From Myxococcaceae bacterium (lineage in GTDB: Bacteria; Myxococcota; Myxococcia; Myxococcales; Myxococcaceae): a DNA stretch of 64,000 nucleotides. The stretch is taken from assembly GCA_035543115.1 (NCBI GenBank), contig DATKKF010000008.1:11404-75403 (forward strand), written 5' to 3'. The notes beneath the pieces are model-generated. The model searched no databases. It was not told where the DNA came from and was given only the letters and a program-made list of their open reading frames with translations. Below, piece after piece: positions 20,601 through 30,002 of this stretch (the stretch's first letter is position 1; every line of letters starts with the position of its first letter). The position numbers and the translations under genes were made by a program.

Positions 20601-20884
20601 CGATAGCTCTCCTTCTCGAACCTCAGGGTGTAAGTTCCCGGTGGCAGCTGCGGGATGCGGTACAGACCGGTCGAATCCGTGACCACGACTTGCTCGCCCT
20701 GCAAGCTGGGAGACGTTGCCGTGACCACCACGTCCCCGACTGGAGCCTTTGTGGCTGCGTCGACGACGTTACCCGTCAGCACCGAGGCGCCGATCTGGGC
20801 CCATGCTCCTGATCCTGCGAGCAGGGCGAGGCAGACCAGCGTCGCGCGGACATTCCTCCAGACGACTTTCTGTCTATGACTCAC
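17654..20884 (-). CDS. TonB-dependent outer-membrane transporter with an N-terminal carboxypeptidase-regulatory-like domain (Oar-like)
   Basis: Signal peptide ..LVCLALLAGSGAWAQ. CarboxypepD_reg-like segment GNVVDAATKAPVGDVVVTATS..TDSTGLYRIPQLPPGTYTLRFE. A plug and a long barrel end in the ...FSLRVTF terminal Phe. I chose GTG 20884 because GGAGGGG lies 5 nt upstream; the track ORF extends to 21076. Confidence 0.88.
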   Translation of the reverse strand: MSHRQKVVWRNVRATLVCLALLAGSGAWAQIGASVLTGNVVDAATKAPVGDVVVTATSPSLQGEQVVVTDSTGLYRIPQLPPGTYTLRFEKESYRPFSRTGIDVVADRTLRLNVELLPETAGATEISVVGSPPVVDVGSSTTGATINQDFIRNIAVARPGGLAGANRSFDSLALAAPQATGDVYGVAINGAQSPEQLYLIDGLSVNNPAYGVNGTPLTAEFLDEVNVITGGYMPEYGRTTGGAISAVTKSGGNEFHGAVFGTWTPGALTGAPQAVVTQNAVINSNVALSNIGDIGATIGGYIIKDKLWFFAGIQYSATRYSYTRSFNTQDASGVLTPINNSEQRRFGDEHAWNYIGKLTYQITQDHRLNVSVIGTPTSGGGGGSFPLRPQNESRGIVTASGYAGGTFNVFGGIQNTNALDVIGEYNGSFLDKKLLLDIRGGWHNQSNDNLPFDGSGFDVTNQSTQAGVPLVRSPTTASRQLTDLDHSLPASVTAACSAGGGVCPVTGYFYGGPGFLSQIKLNSYQGRGVITYLLSALGHHVLKFGFDYQAADYDITQAYSGGTALYWNGGGTYVYDYRRYGKITDVDTITNDFVVERKVKSQIAGGFVQDSWSILDKVTVNLGLRYDALAMQGTDGLNRLVLNDQWSPRIGVVWDPTQQGRSKIFANYGIYYENLPLDMANRSLSAEVQPRAAHICDPLAGYRVCDQNNVVRAVSPTGPSSMWAVTGAPYPSAIDPNVKSPSNEELVAGAEYEIIPNARLGASYTHRNLKRTVEDMSNTDGQTYFIGNPGEGIADSFPKAKRTYDAVTVTLNKTFSDLWLAQVSYTWSRLTGNYDGLWSPNYQQQLDPNITANFDLKTLLLNGDGVLSADITHFIKVYLAKEFVINPVFSISVGGSFNANSGTPVDALGAHPIYGDGLAYLLVRGSAGRLPWVTSLDGKVNFNYRFTKDLVLTASVEAFNIFNSQRPTQIDQRYTQDAVGPIIGATPGNIPNTFGGVCPQYAPPPAAAGTPPAVSDCGQGNGNLPKPYKYADGSRGQVVLPDAFQTPVVAAVNPAWGQPNAYQPVRQFRFSLRVTF

Positions 20885-20928
20885 CGAGACCCCTCCAATG
20901 TGGCCGGAAAGCGGGAAAGCAGCCGCGC

Positions 20929-20957
20929 ATGCTCCTCGGCCCCCCTCCGACCTGTCA
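20929..20957 (-). promoter_or_regulatory. Candidate sigma-70-type promoter for the transporter operon
   Basis: The minus strand reads TTGACA-N17-GAGCAT about 45-70 nt upstream of GTG 20884, inside a locally AT-richer patch. Confidence 0.3.
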
Positions 20958-21182
20958 ATAGAAGTTTGCATCATCTCGGTAGACATGACGCCGAGAGGAA
21001 GGGGGGGACAGATGGACCCTTGTGCCCGTCGTGACTGCCCGGCTGTGGGAATGGCGCCAGGGTTCGGCTTGTACAACTCCCCCGTTTTGATGTAGGCGCG
21101 CCGTTTCCGGCTTCAGGGGAGACCACAGGTCCGAGCCGCACCCGCTGGCGTTGAAGGGGCGGCTCCAGGAGACAACAGACGT

Positions 21183-21887
21183 ATGTTCGATTCAGTGCTG
21201 GGCCGCGGCGTCACGCCCAAGTCCCGCTTCGGATCAGGCGCGGTCGTTTCGATCCTGCTCCATGTGGGGCTCCTGGGCTTCGCCCTGTGGTTCTCGACCC
21301 GGCCTCCCCCCAAGGAGGACAAGGACGTGACGGTGGTGCTGAAGGTCGCGCCGCCCCCGCCGCCTCCCCCGCCGCCGCCGGCCTCGACGACCAAGAAGCA
21401 CGTCGAGAAGAAGGTCCGCCCCAAGGACAAGATCATCCAGCCGAAGGAAATGCCCCAGGACAAGCCGAAGGAAGCCGACCCCAACGACGAGCCCGAGGGC
21501 GTCGAGGGCGGGGTCGCCGGCGGCGTGGTCGGTGGTGTGGTGGGCGGCGTGGTGGGTGGCGTGGTCGGAGGCCAGCTCGGCAGCACCACCCTGTCCTTCG
21601 GCGAGGGCATGACCCGGCCGGTCCTCCAGTCGAGCCCCAACGGCAAGCCCGCCCCGGACTACACCCGTGAGGCCCGCGAGGCCCGGGTGAGCGGCCTGAT
21701 GATCGTCAAGTGCGTGATCACCGCCGAGGGGCGGGTGCAGAACTGCCAGATCATCAAGCCCATCCCCCACATGGAGCAGGCAGTGCTTTCCTGGCTGCAG
21801 GCGTCGCGCTACACGCCCGTCACGTACCAGGGCAAGCCGACGCAGGTCAGCTACGTCTTCAACTTCAAGCTCACCATGGCCGAGTAG
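21183..21887 (+). CDS. tonB: Energy transducer TonB
   Basis: N-terminal TM (AVVSILLHVGLLGFALWF), a Pro10 run, a Lys/Pro-rich spacer, (GGV)n, and a C-terminal TonB domain (PDYTREAREARVSGLMIVKCVITAEGRV). Confidence 0.9.
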   Translation: MFDSVLGRGVTPKSRFGSGAVVSILLHVGLLGFALWFSTRPPPKEDKDVTVVLKVAPPPPPPPPPPASTTKKHVEKKVRPKDKIIQPKEMPQDKPKEADPNDEPEGVEGGVAGGVVGGVVGGVVGGVVGGQLGSTTLSFGEGMTRPVLQSSPNGKPAPDYTREAREARVSGLMIVKCVITAEGRVQNCQIIKPIPHMEQAVLSWLQASRYTPVTYQGKPTQVSYVFNFKLTMAE

Positions 21888-21948
21888 CGCTCTCGGCCGA
21901 ACAGGAACCCCTCTCACCGGCGCATCACGGAGGCGCAGTCCACCCACC

Positions 21949-22617
21949 ATGCAATTCACTCTCACTGACCTTTGGCACCACATGGGCCTGTTCGCGCGAC
22001 TGATCGTCGCCGTGCTCGGCATCATGTCCGTCGCGTCGCTCGTGGTGATGGCCGAGCGGCTCATCGTCTTCAACCGGTCGCGCACCGAGTCGCGCAACTT
22101 CGCCGAGAAGATGGCCAACACCCTCTCCAAGAACGACCTGATGACCGTCGCCGGGACGAAGGTCGGAGACAAGGTGGGCCACCTGGGCCGGGTGATCGGC
22201 GCGGGCCTCAACGCGCTGCGGCTGAGCACCGACAAGGACAAGGACCTCCAGGTCGAGTCGGTGGCCCGGGCGCTCGAGCGGCAGGCGCAGCGCGAGGTCC
22301 AGAGCCTGAAGCGCGGCCTCGGGCTGCTGGCCACCGTCGGCTCCACCGCTCCGTTCGTCGGTCTCCTCGGAACGGTGATGGGCATCGTGAACGCCTTCCA
22401 GTCCATGGCGCTCACCGGGTCTGGCGGTCTGGGCACCGTGTCCGCCGGTATCGCCGAGGCGCTGATCACCACCGCCTTCGGCCTCCTGGTCGCGATCCCC
22501 GCGGTGATGGCCTACAACTACCTGCAGGGCTGGGTGGACGCCCGCGCGGTGGACATCAGCGAGTCCTCCAACGAGTTCCTCGATCTCGTCGCCAAGCAGG
22601 CCGGCGGGTCGAGCTAG
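21949..22617 (+). CDS. exbB: MotA/TolQ/ExbB proton-channel protein
   Basis: Three TM segments and the conserved LATVGSTAPFVGLLGTVMGI and EALITTAFGL motifs. Confidence 0.92.
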   Translation: MQFTLTDLWHHMGLFARLIVAVLGIMSVASLVVMAERLIVFNRSRTESRNFAEKMANTLSKNDLMTVAGTKVGDKVGHLGRVIGAGLNALRLSTDKDKDLQVESVARALERQAQREVQSLKRGLGLLATVGSTAPFVGLLGTVMGIVNAFQSMALTGSGGLGTVSAGIAEALITTAFGLLVAIPAVMAYNYLQGWVDARAVDISESSNEFLDLVAKQAGGSS

Positions 22618-22648
22618 TCATCATCCCCGCTGACGGAGGATTCACGTC

Positions 22649-23062
<414 letters not shown>

Positions 23063-23626
23063 ATGAGCCTCGGGGCGAAGTACCACCTCCACAAGAAGCG
23101 CAAGTACGCCATCACCGAGGGACGGCCGAACTCGGACATCAACGTCACCCCCCTGGTGGACGTGGTGCTGGTGCTCCTGATCATCTTCATGGTGGTGACG
23201 CCTCTCCTGGAAAAAGACATCCAGGTCCGTGTCCCGGACGACACCGAGCAGGACGTCCAGCCCGAGGATCTGCTCGATCAGCTCGTCGTCTCCATCTCCC
23301 CGACCGGGGAGATCAAGCTGAACTCGGAGACCCTGGACGACGAGGCGTACAAGACCCGCATCAAGCGCGCGCTGGCGGCGAAGTCGTACGAGGAGAAGCT
23401 GGTGTTCTTTCTCCCCGACGACAAGGCGCCCTACCCGCGCGTGGTCCAGGTCCTGGACTGGACCCGCGCCGCCGGGGCCTACATCCTCGGCGTGGTGACC
23501 GAGCCCGTGGCGGGCGTTCTCCCCGGCGGAGCGCCGGCCCCGGGGACGCCGGCCGAGCCGGGCGCGGCGCCTGCCGCTCCGGGGGCGCCTCCGCCGCCGG
23601 CGGGGCCCACGGGCGGCTCGAAGTAG
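23063..23626 (+). CDS. exbD: ExbD/TolR family protein (copy 2, with a Pro/Ala-rich tail)
   Basis: It has the same TM signature as copy 1. Its ATG directly abuts the stop of copy 1. Confidence 0.9.
   Translation: MSLGAKYHLHKKRKYAITEGRPNSDINVTPLVDVVLVLLIIFMVVTPLLEKDIQVRVPDDTEQDVQPEDLLDQLVVSISPTGEIKLNSETLDDEAYKTRIKRALAAKSYEEKLVFFLPDDKAPYPRVVQVLDWTRAAGAYILGVVTEPVAGVLPGGAPAPGTPAEPGAAPAAPGAPPPPAGPTGGSK
23132..23203 (+). repeat. Partner of 22685..22756
   Basis: Same alignment as for 22685..22756. Confidence 0.8.
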
Positions 23627-23652
23627 CCCTGTCCCGGGCGTGACGTGACGAC

Positions 23653-23679
23653 GCCGGCTCCGGGGCTCCCCGGGCCGGC
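23653..23679 (+). terminator. GC-rich hairpin after the second exbD
   Basis: gccggctccgggg / ccccgggccggc form an imperfect inverted repeat. It is followed by ctcgccccttctgg, which is only weakly U-rich. Confidence 0.3.
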
Positions 23680-23816
23680 CTCGCCCCTTCTGGGGCTCCC
23701 CCTGCGCGGACGCCCGTCTCACCCGCGCGACGGTCCCGGACGCGGGCGCCCTCGGGGTGCGCCTCGGCACCGCCCTTGCTCACTGCCTCCACTGGGGGAG
23801 GTCCGAAGGGAGGCGG

Positions 23817-25421
23817 ATGCGGAGGCTCGCCCGGGTTCATTCCGGCGCGCTGATGGGGGTGGACGCGGTGGTGGTGGAGGTAGAGGTCGACATGTCCGTC
23901 GGCCTCCCCTACTTCAACCTCGTCGGCCTCCCGGAGGGCGCGGTCAAGGAGAGCAAGGTCCGGGTCATCTCGGCGCTGAGGAACGCCGGGTACGAGCTCC
24001 CGGCCCGGCGGATCACGGTCAACCTCGCCCCCGCCGACATCCGGAAGGAGGGGGCGGCCTTCGAGCTGCCCATCGCCCTGGCCGCGCTGGAGGCCGGGAG
24101 CGTGCTGAAGCAGGGCTCGCTGGACCGCTGGGTGATGGGCGGGGAGCTCTCGCTGGACGGCATCGTGAAGCCCGTCCGCGGCGTCCTGCCGCTGGCCATC
24201 GCCGCGCGCGACCATGGCTTCGAGGGCGTGCTGGTACCCGCGGCCAATGCGCCGGAGGCGGCCCTCGTCGACCGGATCCAGGTCTACCCCGTGGGGACCC
24301 TCGCCGAGGCCGTGGGCCACGTCACGGGGGATGCGTCGATCGCCCCGTACCGGCGCGATCTCGCGCAGGAGGAGCGCCCGGCCGGAGAGCTGGACATGTC
24401 CGAGGTGCGCGGCCAGGGGGAGATCAAGGAGGCCCTCGAGCTCGCCGCCGCCGGCGGGCACAACGCGCTGCTCTGCGGACCTCCCGGGAGCGGCAAGACG
24501 ATGCTCGCCCGGCGGCTTCCGGGACTGCTCCCGCTGATGTCGTTCGACGAGGCGCTGGAGGTCACGAAGATCTACTCGGTGAGCGGGCTGCTCGGCGGAC
24601 CGCGCCCGCTGCTCACCGAGCGCCCCTTCCGCGCGCCGCACCACACCGTCTCCGACGCAGGGCTGGTGGGAGGCGGCCCGATGGGGCGCCCGGGCGAGCT
24701 GTCACTCGCCCATCGCGGGGTGCTGTTCCTGGACGAGTTCCCGGAGTTCCGGCGCAACGTGCTCGAGGTGCTCCGCCAGCCGCTCGAGGACGGAGTGGTG
24801 CACATCGCCCGGGCCAACCACCACGTGAGCTACCCGGCGCAGGTGATGCTCGTCGCGGCGATGAACCCATGCCCCTGCGGCTGGCTGGCGGTGGCGGACA
24901 CCCGCTGCACCTGCCCCCGGAACCGGGTCCTCGAGTACCACGCCCGGGTGAGCGGCCCGCTGCTCGACCGCATCGACATCACCGTCCTCACCCGGCGCGT
25001 CGAGGGCTACCGGCTGGCGGCGTCGGCCAAGGCAGAGAAGCCCAGCGCCTGGTACCGCGAGCGCGTCGAGGTCGCGCGCGAGCGACAGAGGGAGCGCTTC
25101 CGGGACCAGGTGGGCGTCCGGTGCAACGCGCAGATGTCTCCGCGGCTCGTCCGGCGGTACTGCAGGACGACTCCCCGTGCCGAGGAGATGCTCCGCACCG
25201 CGATGGACCGGTACGGCCTCTCGGCCCGGGCGCACGATCGCATCCTCAAGCTCGCCCGGACCCGTGCCGACCTGGAGGGCCACGACGACATCGAGGACGT
25301 CGACGTGCAGCTGGCGGTGGACTTCCGGGTGATGGACCGGCGCGACTGGCTGATGGCCCTGCTCGACGGGAACCAGGCGCCGTCGAGCCCGCTCCAGTCG
25401 ATGCTCAGGGCGGTCCGGTGA
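23817..25421 (+). CDS. comM: YifB/ComM-family Mg-chelatase-like AAA+ ATPase
   Basis: The N-terminal Lon-protease-like fold starts VHSGALMGVDAVVVEVEVD. Walker A is GPPGSGKTM, followed by GVLFLDEFPEF. GGGAGG lies upstream of ATG 23817. Confidence 0.9.
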   Translation: MRRLARVHSGALMGVDAVVVEVEVDMSVGLPYFNLVGLPEGAVKESKVRVISALRNAGYELPARRITVNLAPADIRKEGAAFELPIALAALEAGSVLKQGSLDRWVMGGELSLDGIVKPVRGVLPLAIAARDHGFEGVLVPAANAPEAALVDRIQVYPVGTLAEAVGHVTGDASIAPYRRDLAQEERPAGELDMSEVRGQGEIKEALELAAAGGHNALLCGPPGSGKTMLARRLPGLLPLMSFDEALEVTKIYSVSGLLGGPRPLLTERPFRAPHHTVSDAGLVGGGPMGRPGELSLAHRGVLFLDEFPEFRRNVLEVLRQPLEDGVVHIARANHHVSYPAQVMLVAAMNPCPCGWLAVADTRCTCPRNRVLEYHARVSGPLLDRIDITVLTRRVEGYRLAASAKAEKPSAWYRERVEVARERQRERFRDQVGVRCNAQMSPRLVRRYCRTTPRAEEMLRTAMDRYGLSARAHDRILKLARTRADLEGHDDIEDVDVQLAVDFRVMDRRDWLMALLDGNQAPSSPLQSMLRAVR

Positions 25422-25458
25422 CGGCCTGAGCCCCCGGGGCGCGGTGGTAGGCCCGACC

Positions 25459-26835
25459 TCAGCGGTCGGACGCGGCGTGCACCGGAACCGGAGTGGCCGG
25501 GGCCGCCGGGAGCGAGGCGCTGGCCGGCATGGGCGGGCTCGCCCCCTGGGGGTGAACCGCCCGCTCCCGCTGCTGGAGCCAGGGGGTGAAGGTGATGAGT
25601 CGGGCGATGGGCCGCCACGTCAGGAAGGAGTAGAGCCAGGTGAAGAACACCGCGGTCCGGCTCCGGAATCCCACCACGTACCTGAGGTGCACCGTGGCCC
25701 AGACGAACCAGGCCACGATGCCGGAGAGGTCCCAGCGGCCGAAGAGCGTGCCGACCGCCGAGCCGCGGCCGATGACGGCGAAGATTCCCCTGTCGAGGTA
25801 GCGGAACGGCCTCACCGGCTCGCCGTGGATCCGGCGGAGGACGTTGCGCGCGGCCTCTCGCCCCATCTGCATCGCCGCCGGCGCGATGCCCGGCACCGGC
25901 TTGCCGTCCTGGGTCACGGCGGCGAGATCTCCGACCACCGAGACGCGGGGGTCGCCGACGAGGGTGAGATCGGGCTCCACCGCGACCCGCCCCACCCGGT
26001 CCACCGGGACACCGAGCGCCCTGCCCAGCGGCGAGGCGACGACGCCGGCGCCCCAGAGGACGGTCCGCGCCTGGATGCGCTCGTCGCCGAGCGTGACGCC
26101 CTCCCCGTCGATGGCCGAGACCCGAAGCCCGAGGCGGACGTCGATCTGCAGCTTCTGGAGATCGCGACGCGCGTCCTCGCTCAGCTCCGGGGGGTAGGTG
26201 GTCAACAGGCGGGGCAGGCCCTCGATGAGCACCACGCGCGCATCGCGGGTGTTGATCCGCCGGAAATCACGGGGGAGCGCCTTGTGGGCGATCTCGCTCA
26301 GCGAGCCTGCGAGCTCCACCCCCGTGGGTCCTCCCCCGATGATGACGAAGGTCATCCAGGCCCGCCGCTTCGCCTCGTCCTCCTCGCGCTCGGCCTCCTC
26401 GAAGGCGAAGAGGACGCGCCGGCGGATCTCCAGGGCGTCCTCGAGGCTCTTCAGTCCGGGCGCGTCGCACTCCCACTCCGGATGGTTGAAGTACGTGTCC
26501 TGCGCGCCCGCAGCGACGATGAGGTGGTCGTAACCGACCGAGCCGCCGTCGGTGAAGTGGAGGGTGCGGCTGGCACGGTCGATGGAGGCGACCTCGGCGA
26601 GCACCACCTCGGTGTTCTGGTTGCGCCGGAGCACCATCCGGATCGGCGCGGCCACGTCACTCGGGTCCAGCGTGGCGGTGGCCACCTGGTAGAGGAGCGG
26701 CTGGAACAGGTGGTGGTTCCGGCGGTCGACGACCGTCACCCGGACGTCAGGCGAACGGCCGAGGATCTTGGCTGCCTCGAGACCCGCGAATCCGGCCCCG
26801 ACAATCACCACCTGGGGTCGCTGGTCGGGTTCCAT
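25459..26835 (-). CDS. ndh: Type II NADH dehydrogenase (NDH-2) / FAD-dependent pyridine-nucleotide oxidoreductase
   Basis: VVIVGAGFAGL and VIIGGGPTGVELAG dinucleotide folds. I trimmed track ORF 25459..27597 to the ATG at 26835. Confidence 0.9.
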   Translation of the reverse strand: MEPDQRPQVVIVGAGFAGLEAAKILGRSPDVRVTVVDRRNHHLFQPLLYQVATATLDPSDVAAPIRMVLRRNQNTEVVLAEVASIDRASRTLHFTDGGSVGYDHLIVAAGAQDTYFNHPEWECDAPGLKSLEDALEIRRRVLFAFEEAEREEDEAKRRAWMTFVIIGGGPTGVELAGSLSEIAHKALPRDFRRINTRDARVVLIEGLPRLLTTYPPELSEDARRDLQKLQIDVRLGLRVSAIDGEGVTLGDERIQARTVLWGAGVVASPLGRALGVPVDRVGRVAVEPDLTLVGDPRVSVVGDLAAVTQDGKPVPGIAPAAMQMGREAARNVLRRIHGEPVRPFRYLDRGIFAVIGRGSAVGTLFGRWDLSGIVAWFVWATVHLRYVVGFRSRTAVFFTWLYSFLTWRPIARLITFTPWLQQRERAVHPQGASPPMPASASLPAAPATPVPVHAASDR

Positions 26836-26889
26836 CGCTGCCCCGGATGTGCGAACCAGGGGCTTCGAAGTCAACCCGTTCGACATCCG

Positions 26890-27666
26890 ATGGTACTGAA
26901 CAGACTGTCCAGCCTCATTCGTTACGCAGGGATGGGCCTGTGGTCGATCTTCTGGATCCCGGCCGCGCTGCTCATGGGCACGATCCGGCGGGACTCCTCC
27001 CTTCCCCTGCGCTTCGCCCGCCAGTACTGGGGCCCGGGGATGCTGCGGCTCGCCGGCGCGGATCTCCGCGTCGAGGGCGACCCCCGCGCCGTGAGCGACG
27101 GGCCGGCGATCTACGTGATGAACCACCAATCCACCCTCGACATCCCCGCGGCGTTCGCGGTGCTCCCGGTGGACCTGCGATTCATCGCCAAGCACACCCT
27201 CCGCAAGGTCCCCTTCCTCGGCTGGTACATGTCGTGGACGGGAATGGTCTTCGTCGACCGGAGCAACAGCACCCAGGCGGTCGGGACCCTGACCGCCGCC
27301 GTCGAGCGGGTGCGAGGGGGCATCTCGCTCCTCGCCTACCCCGAGGGCACGCGCTCGCGCGATGGCCGCATCCTGCCGTTCAAGAAGGGCTCGTTCGTGC
27401 TGGCGCTCCAGGCCGGGGTGCCAGTCGTCCCCATCGCCATCGAGGGCTCGATGCAGTGCATGCCCGCGCACCTGAGGCCATTCAGACCGGGCGTCGTGCG
27501 CATGGCCATCGGGGCGCCGATTCAAACCGCCGGGATGTCGATGGACCAGCGCGAGGAGCTGGTGCGGCAGGCGCACGAGGCGGTGCTCGCGCTCCACGCC
27601 TCGCTCGCCCGCGCCGACGTCGCGCCGCCGGCGGCCCCGGCTCCGGGCGAGCGCACCACGGGCTGA
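26890..27666 (+). CDS. plsC: 1-acyl-sn-glycerol-3-phosphate acyltransferase
   Basis: NHQSTLD (HX4D) and YPEGTRS motifs. Start at ATG 26890, inside track ORF 25444..27666. Confidence 0.88.
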   Translation: MVLNRLSSLIRYAGMGLWSIFWIPAALLMGTIRRDSSLPLRFARQYWGPGMLRLAGADLRVEGDPRAVSDGPAIYVMNHQSTLDIPAAFAVLPVDLRFIAKHTLRKVPFLGWYMSWTGMVFVDRSNSTQAVGTLTAAVERVRGGISLLAYPEGTRSRDGRILPFKKGSFVLALQAGVPVVPIAIEGSMQCMPAHLRPFRPGVVRMAIGAPIQTAGMSMDQREELVRQAHEAVLALHASLARADVAPPAAPAPGERTTG

Positions 27667-27797
27667 GCGCCGTCCGTCCGCCGGCGCGGGCGCACCCGAC
27701 CGACGACGTGGACGCCCGGCCGATCCGCCCGGACGAGGCTCGTCCGGCCCGTCTCTTGCTCATTCCCGCCTGAACATCTGGCCGGCGGGGGTGTGGC

Positions 27798-28832
27798 GTG
27801 GGGAAGGTGAGCGAGAAGCTGAAGGCGGTGGCGGCCGCGGTCGCGGCGATCGAGAAGCAGTTCGGCAAGGGAGCGATCATGCAGCTCGGCCGCGACGGGG
27901 AGGTCGCCCCGGTGGCGGTCATCCCCAGCGGCTCGGTGGGTCTCGATCGCGCGCTGGGCGTGGGCGGGTATCCGCGCGGACGGGTCATCGAGGTGTTCGG
28001 GAACGAGTCGTCCGGCAAGACGACGCTCGCCCTCCACGCCATCGCCCAGGTTCAGGCTCAGGGCGGGGTGGCGGCGTTCGTGGACGCCGAGCACGCCCTC
28101 GACGTGAGCTATGCACGCAAGCTCGGGGTCCGGGTGGAGGATCTCTTGGTATCGCAGCCCGATACCGGAGAGCAGGCGCTGGAGATCACCGAGCAGCTGG
28201 TCCGGAGCGGCGCGGTGGACCTGGTGGTGGTGGACTCGGTGGCCGCGCTCGTCCCCCGGGCAGAGATCGAGGGCGAGATGGGCGATGCCCACATGGGGGT
28301 CCAGGCGCGACTCATGAGCCAGGCGCTCCGGAAGCTCACCGGCGCGGTGAGCAAGAGCGGGACGGTCATCTTCTTCATCAACCAGATCCGGATGAAGATC
28401 GGCGTCGTCTTCGGCAATCCGGAGACAACCACTGGCGGGAACGCGCTCAAGTTCTATTCGTCGGTGCGGCTGGAGATCCGCCGGCTCGGGAACCTCAAGG
28501 ACGGAGACTCGGTCATCGGGACGCGCACGCGGGTGAAGGTGGTGAAGAACAAGGTCGCTCCGCCCTTCCAGGACACCGAGTTCGACGTTCTCTACGGCCA
28601 GGGCATCAGCCGGGCCGGTGAGGCGCTGGACCTGGCGGTCGCGCTCGGGCTCGCGGAGAAGTCCGGGAGCCACTACCTGCTCGACGGCGAGCGAATCGGT
28701 CAGGGACGGGAGCGGGCAGTCGAGTGGCTCCGCGAGCGGCCGGAGGCGCTCGAGGCGCTGGTCGCCCGCATCGGGTCGGCGGAGGCCAGGCCGGCCACGC
28801 CCCCGAGCGTGGCCGAGCCGGTCGCCGCCTGA
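27798..28832 (+). CDS. recA: Recombinase RecA
   Basis: A canonical RecA throughout: GPESSGKTT-type Walker A (here GNESSGKTT), FVDAEHALD, and L2 loop [26 protein letters not shown]. Confidence 0.97.
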   Translation: MGKVSEKLKAVAAAVAAIEKQFGKGAIMQLGRDGEVAPVAVIPSGSVGLDRALGVGGYPRGRVIEVFGNESSGKTTLALHAIAQVQAQGGVAAFVDAEHALDVSYARKLGVRVEDLLVSQPDTGEQALEITEQLVRSGAVDLVVVDSVAALVPRAEIEGEMGDAHMGVQARLMSQALRKLTGAVSKSGTVIFFINQIRMKIGVVFGNPETTTGGNALKFYSSVRLEIRRLGNLKDGDSVIGTRTRVKVVKNKVAPPFQDTEFDVLYGQGISRAGEALDLAVALGLAEKSGSHYLLDGERIGQGRERAVEWLRERPEALEALVARIGSAEARPATPPSVAEPVAA

Positions 28833-28995
28833 GCGGGCACCGGCGCAGGCAAACGCCGGGAGGACGAGGCAGACCCAGATGGGGCGAGCCATCGGGCCGG
28901 CCCTCACCGGACACGGTGCTGTTCCCCGGGCCGCGCAGCTCCCCGGGCACGCCCCCGGCGGGTCGCCCGGGTCAGCGCTCGGCTAGAGTCGACCC

Positions 28996-29985
28996 ATGGC
29001 CGACGCTCCGACCCTCGATGCCGTACGTGCGGCGCGCGCACGGCTCGGCAATCTCGTCGAGACGACGCCGGTGCGGCGGCTCGCCTCACCCCTCGTCGAG
29101 CGCCGGCTCGGGAAGACGGAGGTGGTGCTCAAGGAGGAGCTCTTCCAGCGGACCGGGAGCTTCAAGCCGCGCGGCGCCCTCTGCGTCATGCTCGATCTGG
29201 AACCCGCCGCCCTGGCCCGCGGGGTCACCTGTGTCTCGGCCGGGAACCACGCGATGGCCACGGCCTACGCCGCGCGCGTGCTCGGGACCACCGCCAAGGT
29301 GGTGATGCCGCGGAGCGCGAACCCGTTCCGGGTCGCCGGCTGCCGGGAGCTCGGCGCCCAGGTGGTGCTGGTGGAGAACGTCCACGAGGCGTTTCCCCGG
29401 GTGCACCAGATCGAGGCCACGGAGGGCCGGACCTTCGTTCACCCCTTCGAGGGGCCGAAGACGGCGCTGGGCACGGCGACGGTCGGCCTCGAACTGGTCG
29501 AGCAGGCCGGCACGCTGGACGCGGTCATCATCCCCATCGGCGGCGGCGGTCTGGCCGCCGGGATGGCCTGCGCGGTGAAGCAGCTCCTGCCGCGCTGTCA
29601 GGTGTTCGGCGTCGAGCCCACCGGAGCCGACTCGATGCACCGGAGCTTCGCCGCCGGGTCGCCGCAGTCCATCGATGCGGTCCGGACGATTGCCGACAGT
29701 CTGGGCGCGCCCCACGCGTCCCCGTACAGCTTCGAGCTTTGCCGCCGGTTCCTCGACGAGCTGGTCCTGGTGGACGACGACCAGCTGCGCGACGCGATGC
29801 TCTTGCTCTTCGCCTCGGCAAAGCTCGCGGTGGAGCCGGCGGGTGCGGCGGCGACGGCAGCGCTGCTCGGGCCGCTCCGCGAGCGTCTCGCGGGACGCCG
29901 GGTGGCGATCATCATCTGCGGGGGGAACATCGACCCGGCAACGTTCTCCAAGCACCTCGCCGACGCGGTGGCCGCTGGCTCCTGA
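28996..29985 (+). CDS. PLP-dependent threonine/serine dehydratase (fold-type II)
   Basis: SFKPRGA is the lysine motif, and GGGGL is the phosphate-binding loop (IPIGGGGLAAG). Confidence 0.85.
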   Translation: MADAPTLDAVRAARARLGNLVETTPVRRLASPLVERRLGKTEVVLKEELFQRTGSFKPRGALCVMLDLEPAALARGVTCVSAGNHAMATAYAARVLGTTAKVVMPRSANPFRVAGCRELGAQVVLVENVHEAFPRVHQIEATEGRTFVHPFEGPKTALGTATVGLELVEQAGTLDAVIIPIGGGGLAAGMACAVKQLLPRCQVFGVEPTGADSMHRSFAAGSPQSIDAVRTIADSLGAPHASPYSFELCRRFLDELVLVDDDQLRDAMLLLFASAKLAVEPAGAAATAALLGPLRERLAGRRVAIIICGGNIDPATFSKHLADAVAAGS

Positions 29986-30002
29986 CGGGGCCTCCCCGCT
30001 CC

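Noticed and set aside
20951-20975. A Fur-box-like AT-rich sequence (CTGTCAATAGAAGTTTGCATCATC) between the transporter gene and tonB.
   Set aside because: Alignment to GATAATGATAATCATTATC is poor, with no clear 6-1-6 or 7-1-7 symmetry. The patch is better explained as a promoter -35 region.
21351-21570. Tandem short DNA repeats (a CCG/CCC run and GGC-GTG-GTG units) that could be taken for a microsatellite or CRISPR-like array.
   Set aside because: They lie in frame inside tonB and encode its usual Pro-rich spacer and a (GGV)n linker. There are no spacers and no repeat-spacer periodicity.
25444-27597. Mutually antisense giant ORFs: 25444..27666 (+, 740 aa) and 25459..27597 (-, 712 aa).
   Set aside because: Only the 3' portion of each is homologous to a real protein: plsC from 26890 and ndh below 26835. 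The remainders are antisense shadows of each other.
27755-27785. A possible LexA/SOS box upstream of recA, at CCTGAACAT (GTTCAGG on the other strand).
   Set aside because: Only the GTTCAG half resembles the myxobacterial box CTRHAMRYBYGTTCAGS as I recall it. The left half matches 5 of 10 positions, which is not convincing without a genome-wide motif model.
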